64,000 bases of DNA, from assembly GCA_013626165.1 (NCBI GenBank), contig NDHX01000001.1, forward strand, positions 100,817 to 164,816, written 5' to 3'. The DNA comes from Candidatus Velesiimonas alkalicola. GTDB lineage: Bacteria > Omnitrophota > Gorgyraeia > Velesiimonadales > Velesiimonadaceae. Below, in pieces: positions 59,881 to 64,000 of the stretch. The notes below the pieces were generated by a model. The model did no database searches, was not told the origin of the DNA, and saw nothing but the letters and a program-made list of their open reading frames with translations. The number at the start of each line of letters is the position of its first letter. Position 1 is the stretch's first letter. Position numbers and translations under genes: made by a program.

Positions 59881-61185
59881 ATGAGAAAGATGAGTCTATC
59901 TTGTTTATATGCAAGTTTATTATTTTTTATATTTATCCCCTTATTTTTATCTTCTGTCAAAGCAAGCCCCCCCTTAAGCCAGGAAATGGCAGAACAGTTT
60001 ATGGAGGAAGTTATCTCCGAGAAAAAAGTAAAGAAACAGCAGCTGCAGATAGTTTCGCAAGAACATATACAGAAGGGGATATTATTACATAAACAGGAAA
60101 AATATCAGGAGGCGCTGAATGAATTCCAGGCGGCATTGCAAGCAAGCCCCGAAAACAAGGAGGCATCTTCCTGGGTTAAAAAATGCAAGGCGATAATGGA
60201 AAGGTCAGGCGCAAACTTTTATCATGAGGGCAGAGCGCTTTATAGAAACAAGCAATACAATAAAGCGCTTGAATCATTTAAGAAAGTGCCGCAGGATAAT
60301 CGAATGTACAAAATAGCAAAACAATGGATTTCAAGAGCAGAAGAACAGATTAAGAAAGAAAAAGAGAGAAAATTTAAGACAGAACAAAGGTTGTCTGTAA
60401 GAAAGGCTGAAGATATAAAAAGGGATATTTTTGCAAGCGGGAAAAATGCCTTTAGAAAAGGTAATTATGAAATTGCAGAGGCAAACTTTGCAGAGCTTTT
60501 ACAAAGAGAACCTGGCAACAAAGAGGCAGAAGAATGGTTAAAAATTACAAGAAGAGAAAGAGAAAAAACATTGGCCAAAATTTCTGCGAAAGATGCAGTT
60601 GCAGATATGAAAGTTGCCGAGATTAAAAAAGATGCCACAGAAAAAGAAATGATGTTAGAAGTGGAAAGGGCATATTCTCCTGAAAGAAGAGTAGGCCCAG
60701 GCATTGAAGAAATTGAAAAATTGGACCCTGATGAATTACTGAGAAAGCAGATGAAAGACAAACTTGAGGCACTTCCTTTTGTTCAGACTGTTGACTTTAT
60801 AGGTGCAGATATATCAGATGTTATAAGAATGTTGATGACAATGACAGGTATAAACATAATGCTTGATGAGGTAGCGGTAAAGAGAGTGCATCCCGGAGGA
60901 TTTTCTATAACATTTAAAACAGTCTCACCAATGCCGCTTTTAAGCCTTTTAGATATGGTACTAAAAGCAAGTAGATTAGGTTATAAAATAGAACCATATT
61001 ATGTATGGATATCTGATAAAGAAACACTTAAAGCAGAAGAAATTATTCTGAAAACATATCAATTAAGATATGGAGCAAGAAGAGCAAGAGAGGTTGAAAT
61101 AGATAGAGATAGAGAAGATAGAAGAGATAGAAGAGATGGAGAAGATAGAAGAGATGGAGAAGATAGAAGAGATAGAGGACGCTAA
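59881..61185 (+). CDS. Exported TPR protein ending in a secretin N-terminal (STN-like) domain
   Basis: Signal peptide, three TPR-like helix pairs, VDFIGADISDVIRML..TGINIMLD..LLDMVLK..LGYKIE. Confidence 0.75.
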   Translation: MRKMSLSCLYASLLFFIFIPLFLSSVKASPPLSQEMAEQFMEEVISEKKVKKQQLQIVSQEHIQKGILLHKQEKYQEALNEFQAALQASPENKEASSWVKKCKAIMERSGANFYHEGRALYRNKQYNKALESFKKVPQDNRMYKIAKQWISRAEEQIKKEKERKFKTEQRLSVRKAEDIKRDIFASGKNAFRKGNYEIAEANFAELLQREPGNKEAEEWLKITRREREKTLAKISAKDAVADMKVAEIKKDATEKEMMLEVERAYSPERRVGPGIEEIEKLDPDELLRKQMKDKLEALPFVQTVDFIGADISDVIRMLMTMTGINIMLDEVAVKRVHPGGFSITFKTVSPMPLLSLLDMVLKASRLGYKIEPYYVWISDKETLKAEEIILKTYQLRYGARRAREVEIDRDREDRRDRRDGEDRRDGEDRRDRGR

Positions 61186-61410
61186 TTCGTTATTCCTGCG
61201 AAGACAGAAATCCAGTGTTTTTACTTCTGATACCATTGGAAAGTTCAAAAATAAAATGACCCACTATCGTGTGGGTGCCCCGAAATTAAAATTATACAAT
61301 CCATTTTGTGTGTGGATGCCCCAAATGTAAAATTACTTTAAAATTACTAAATTTTGTACTGTCATTTTGATATTAGATTTTTGATATTTGAATTTCAAAA
61401 AGAGGTGTGT

Positions 61411-62532
61411 ATGAAATATTTTAGGTATATTAAAACTTATATTTGCAGGAATAAGGAACGAAATAAGAAAAAATGGCTAACAGTTTTTATGTGTTTGATG
61501 TGTGTTTTCTTTTTTATCATTGCTGCTCCGGGACAGGAACCAACAATAGAACCGGGTGAAGGGATGTCCATTGACCAGTTTCTTTTGCAGGCGCTACCAC
61601 CAGAAGAAAGACGCGTTATCTCTTTTGACCCTGCAACAGGTATCCTTACAGTTAAAGATACAAAAACAAATCATGCCATTATAAGAGAACTTCTCAAAAA
61701 ATTTGATGCAGCTCCAAGACAGATAATGATAGAAGCAAAATTTGTTGAAGTTTCAGTTAAGGACTTAGACGAGTTTGGTATAGAATGGTATTTTTATCGT
61801 CCAGGTAGGGTTGATGATAAGTGGGCGCATTTTGGTGTAGGAGATCCCGGTAGACCGGATACGACAGGTATTTTTTGGACAGAAGGCCTTGCAAGGTTTC
61901 CAGCAACAGCAACCGGAGCAGATCTTTTTGTTTCAATCACAAAATTAAGAGGAGATTACTTAAGAGCATATCTTCATGCACTTGAAGAACAGGGTAAAGC
62001 AAACCTTCTTTCTGCGCCCCGTGTAACAACACTTTCAGGACGGCCGGCAATCATAGAGATTATAAGGGAAATCCCTTATACAAGCGAATTTAGGACAGAT
62101 AATATAGGAACCGCAGAGAATCCCATCTGGCGCAGAACATATACTACAGACATAGAAGAGATTGGCATTACTCTGGAGGTTATCCCAACTGTTGGAGAAG
62201 GAACAGATATTATTACACTTGATATATACCCTTCTGTTGATGTTTTAAAGGACCGTATTCCCATACATGCATTAATTCCTAAAGAGATGGGACAGCCTGT
62301 TATTGATACAAGAACAACAGAAACAAGTGTATATGTAAAAAGTGGGTCAACAATTATATTGGGTGGATTGATAAAGGATGAAGACCTTATTACTGAAAAA
62401 AGGGTTCCTTTAATAAGCAGTATTCCGCTTCTCGGGAATCTGTTTAAGTACAAACACAGGACCAGGGAAAAAACAAACCTTCTTATATTTATAACTGCAA
62501 CCCTTATCACCGTGGATGGAGAAGAAATATGA
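61411..62532 (+). CDS. Secretin core (GspD/PilQ family), paralogue 1
   Basis: QIMIEAKFVEV, LLSAPRVTTLSG, GITLEVIP, TIILGGLI, RVPLISSIPLLGNLF, LLIFITA. Confidence 0.9.
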   Translation: MKYFRYIKTYICRNKERNKKKWLTVFMCLMCVFFFIIAAPGQEPTIEPGEGMSIDQFLLQALPPEERRVISFDPATGILTVKDTKTNHAIIRELLKKFDAAPRQIMIEAKFVEVSVKDLDEFGIEWYFYRPGRVDDKWAHFGVGDPGRPDTTGIFWTEGLARFPATATGADLFVSITKLRGDYLRAYLHALEEQGKANLLSAPRVTTLSGRPAIIEIIREIPYTSEFRTDNIGTAENPIWRRTYTTDIEEIGITLEVIPTVGEGTDIITLDIYPSVDVLKDRIPIHALIPKEMGQPVIDTRTTETSVYVKSGSTIILGGLIKDEDLITEKRVPLISSIPLLGNLFKYKHRTREKTNLLIFITATLITVDGEEI

Positions 62533-63740
62533 TAACAAAAATAGGCGACAGGAGACAGACAACGGGTTACAGGAAAATAAATCAATTACTAATTAAATCA
62601 AGGACAGGAATAGATTTAGTGATATTTTGTTTTATTATTTTATTTACTGCTTTTAATCCGATCTGTAATAAAGCATTTGCGCAGGAAGAAGAGGTAATCG
62701 CTGGCACAACAATAAGAGACTGGCTTTTAAGTTCTTTAGGGCCTGACCCTACAGGCAGAAGAAAAATTGTTCTTTATGAACCTACAGGACTTCTTGTTGT
62801 TACTGCAACAGCCACAGAACATGCAAACATAAAAGAACTTATTGATTTATGGGAAAAAAGGGCCGGGAAAGCACAAATTTTAATAGAGGCAAGGTTTATT
62901 GAAGTTGCACTGGCTGACCTTGCCGATATGGGTATAGAATGGCAGGATATAAGGTATCATACAAGAAAAGATAGAAGACCCCCCCTAATACCCGGCGGGG
63001 AAAGAGGATGGGATGGGAGTGACTTTTATGTGGGTCCAGGAATAGACGGGAGAGGTCCTGCCCGGACAGGAACAGGGTTTGGTATCCCCCTTGCAGGCAT
63101 AGGAGGTGGACTGGGCCTTTTTTTGGGTAAGACCACACTTAATAGAACACAGGTTCAGATGTATCTTCATGCTTTGCAACGGTTAGACAAGGTAAATCTT
63201 ATTTCTTCGCCAAAACTTACAACCATATCAGGACAGACAGCGAACATAGAGATTATAACGCGGCTTCCATATGCAACAAATGTAACAAGGACAAACCAGG
63301 GGACTGCAGAACGCCCAATCTGGGTAGATACATATGATATTGATGAAGAAATTGCAGGTATTATATTTGAGGTTACTCCAACTGCTGTTCTTGATTCAAT
63401 GATAATAAATCTTGACTTACATCCGGAAATTAGGGCACTTATTGACAGAATTCCCGTTGTAGACAGTCCTGAATTCCCTAAAGAATTAGGTTGGCCTATT
63501 ATAGATGTAAGAAGCATAGAGACGAGCATGAGCATAAGAAGCGGCCAGACGGTGGTGATGGGAGGGCTTATAAAAGATGATGATATAAGAACAGAAAGAA
63601 AGGTTCCAGTCCTTGGTAATATACCTTTATTGGGTTCATTATTTAGATATGAGACACAAGACAGAAAAAAAAGAAACCTTGTAATATTTTTAACTGCAAC
63701 ACTTATAACACCCGAAGGCGAACCATTTGAGGGACACTGA
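62529..63740 (+). CDS. Secretin core (GspD/PilQ family), paralogue 2 (start uncertain)
   Basis: QILIEARFIEV, LISSPKLTTISGQ, TVVMGGLI, KVPVLGNIPLLGSLF, LVIFLTA. Confidence 0.9.
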   Translation: MITKIGDRRQTTGYRKINQLLIKSRTGIDLVIFCFIILFTAFNPICNKAFAQEEEVIAGTTIRDWLLSSLGPDPTGRRKIVLYEPTGLLVVTATATEHANIKELIDLWEKRAGKAQILIEARFIEVALADLADMGIEWQDIRYHTRKDRRPPLIPGGERGWDGSDFYVGPGIDGRGPARTGTGFGIPLAGIGGGLGLFLGKTTLNRTQVQMYLHALQRLDKVNLISSPKLTTISGQTANIEIITRLPYATNVTRTNQGTAERPIWVDTYDIDEEIAGIIFEVTPTAVLDSMIINLDLHPEIRALIDRIPVVDSPEFPKELGWPIIDVRSIETSMSIRSGQTVVMGGLIKDDDIRTERKVPVLGNIPLLGSLFRYETQDRKKRNLVIFLTATLITPEGEPFEGH

Positions 63741-63743
63741 AAA

Positions 63744-63814
63744 AGGTGACAGGCGACCGGCAACAGATGCTCTGGTGCTCTGGTGCTCTGGTGCCCTGGT
63801 GTTCCAGTCACCTT
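63744..63814. repeat. Heptamer plus octamer repeat bounded by AAGGTGAC/GTCACCTT
   Basis: GGTGACA GGCGACC GGCAACA, then (CTGGTGCT)n, closed by CAGTCACCTT. Confidence 0.75.
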
Positions 63815-63829
63815 AAAAAAGGAAGGAAT

Positions 63830-64000
63830 ATGAAAAAGATTACCGGGATATGTCTGATAATAGTTGGGATTTGTTGTTCGGGTTATGTCTTAGTCTCAAT
63901 AGCACAACAAAGTGTTAGAAGGCCGATTATTGTAAGCACATCAGGACTGGATGTTTATAAGGACCAGTCTCTTGAAGTTAGGGGTATAATAAGCGTAAGT
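63830..64000 (+). CDS. Exported protein, 3'-truncated by window
   Basis: RBS GGAAGG; MKKITGICLIIVGICCSGYVLVSIAQQ signal-like N-terminus, open to the window end. Confidence 0.65.
   Translation, partial: MKKITGICLIIVGICCSGYVLVSIAQQSVRRPIIVSTSGLDVYKDQSLEVRGIISVS

Overview
Low-GC bacterial chromosomal window. The gene set (DUF4032-like protein, no rpmD, PilMN/TPR-secretin cluster, outer-membrane barrel) suggests a PVC-related lineage such as Omnitrophota; this is inference. Layout: 1-10 kb housekeeping genes (mnmA, larE, SagB-type nitroreductase, murJ, uvrC, M16 peptidase, xerD); 10-13 kb minus-strand operon (pdxJ to rsfS, ferredoxin, ndk); 13-18.7 kb accessory block (CoA-activase pair, RelBE-type cassette ending in a lone integron attC, beta-barrel); 18.9-56.2 kb ribosomal/RNA polymerase superoperon (rplM-rpsI, tRNA-Thr, tuf, rpmG, tRNA-Trp, secE-nusG-rplKAJL-rpoBC, str, S10, spc and alpha clusters, leuC); 56.3-64 kb type IV pilus/T2SS-like cluster with an apparently split secretin. 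The strongest unexplained signal is non-coding: many intergenic spaces hold modular 7-mer/8-mer tandem repeats, nested hairpins and MITE-like inverted-repeat shells. These recur in a consistent module order, invade protein termini, and occupy the slot where rpsS (S19) should be. Starts were chosen by eye from RBS and homology. All product calls come from motif recognition, not database searches.
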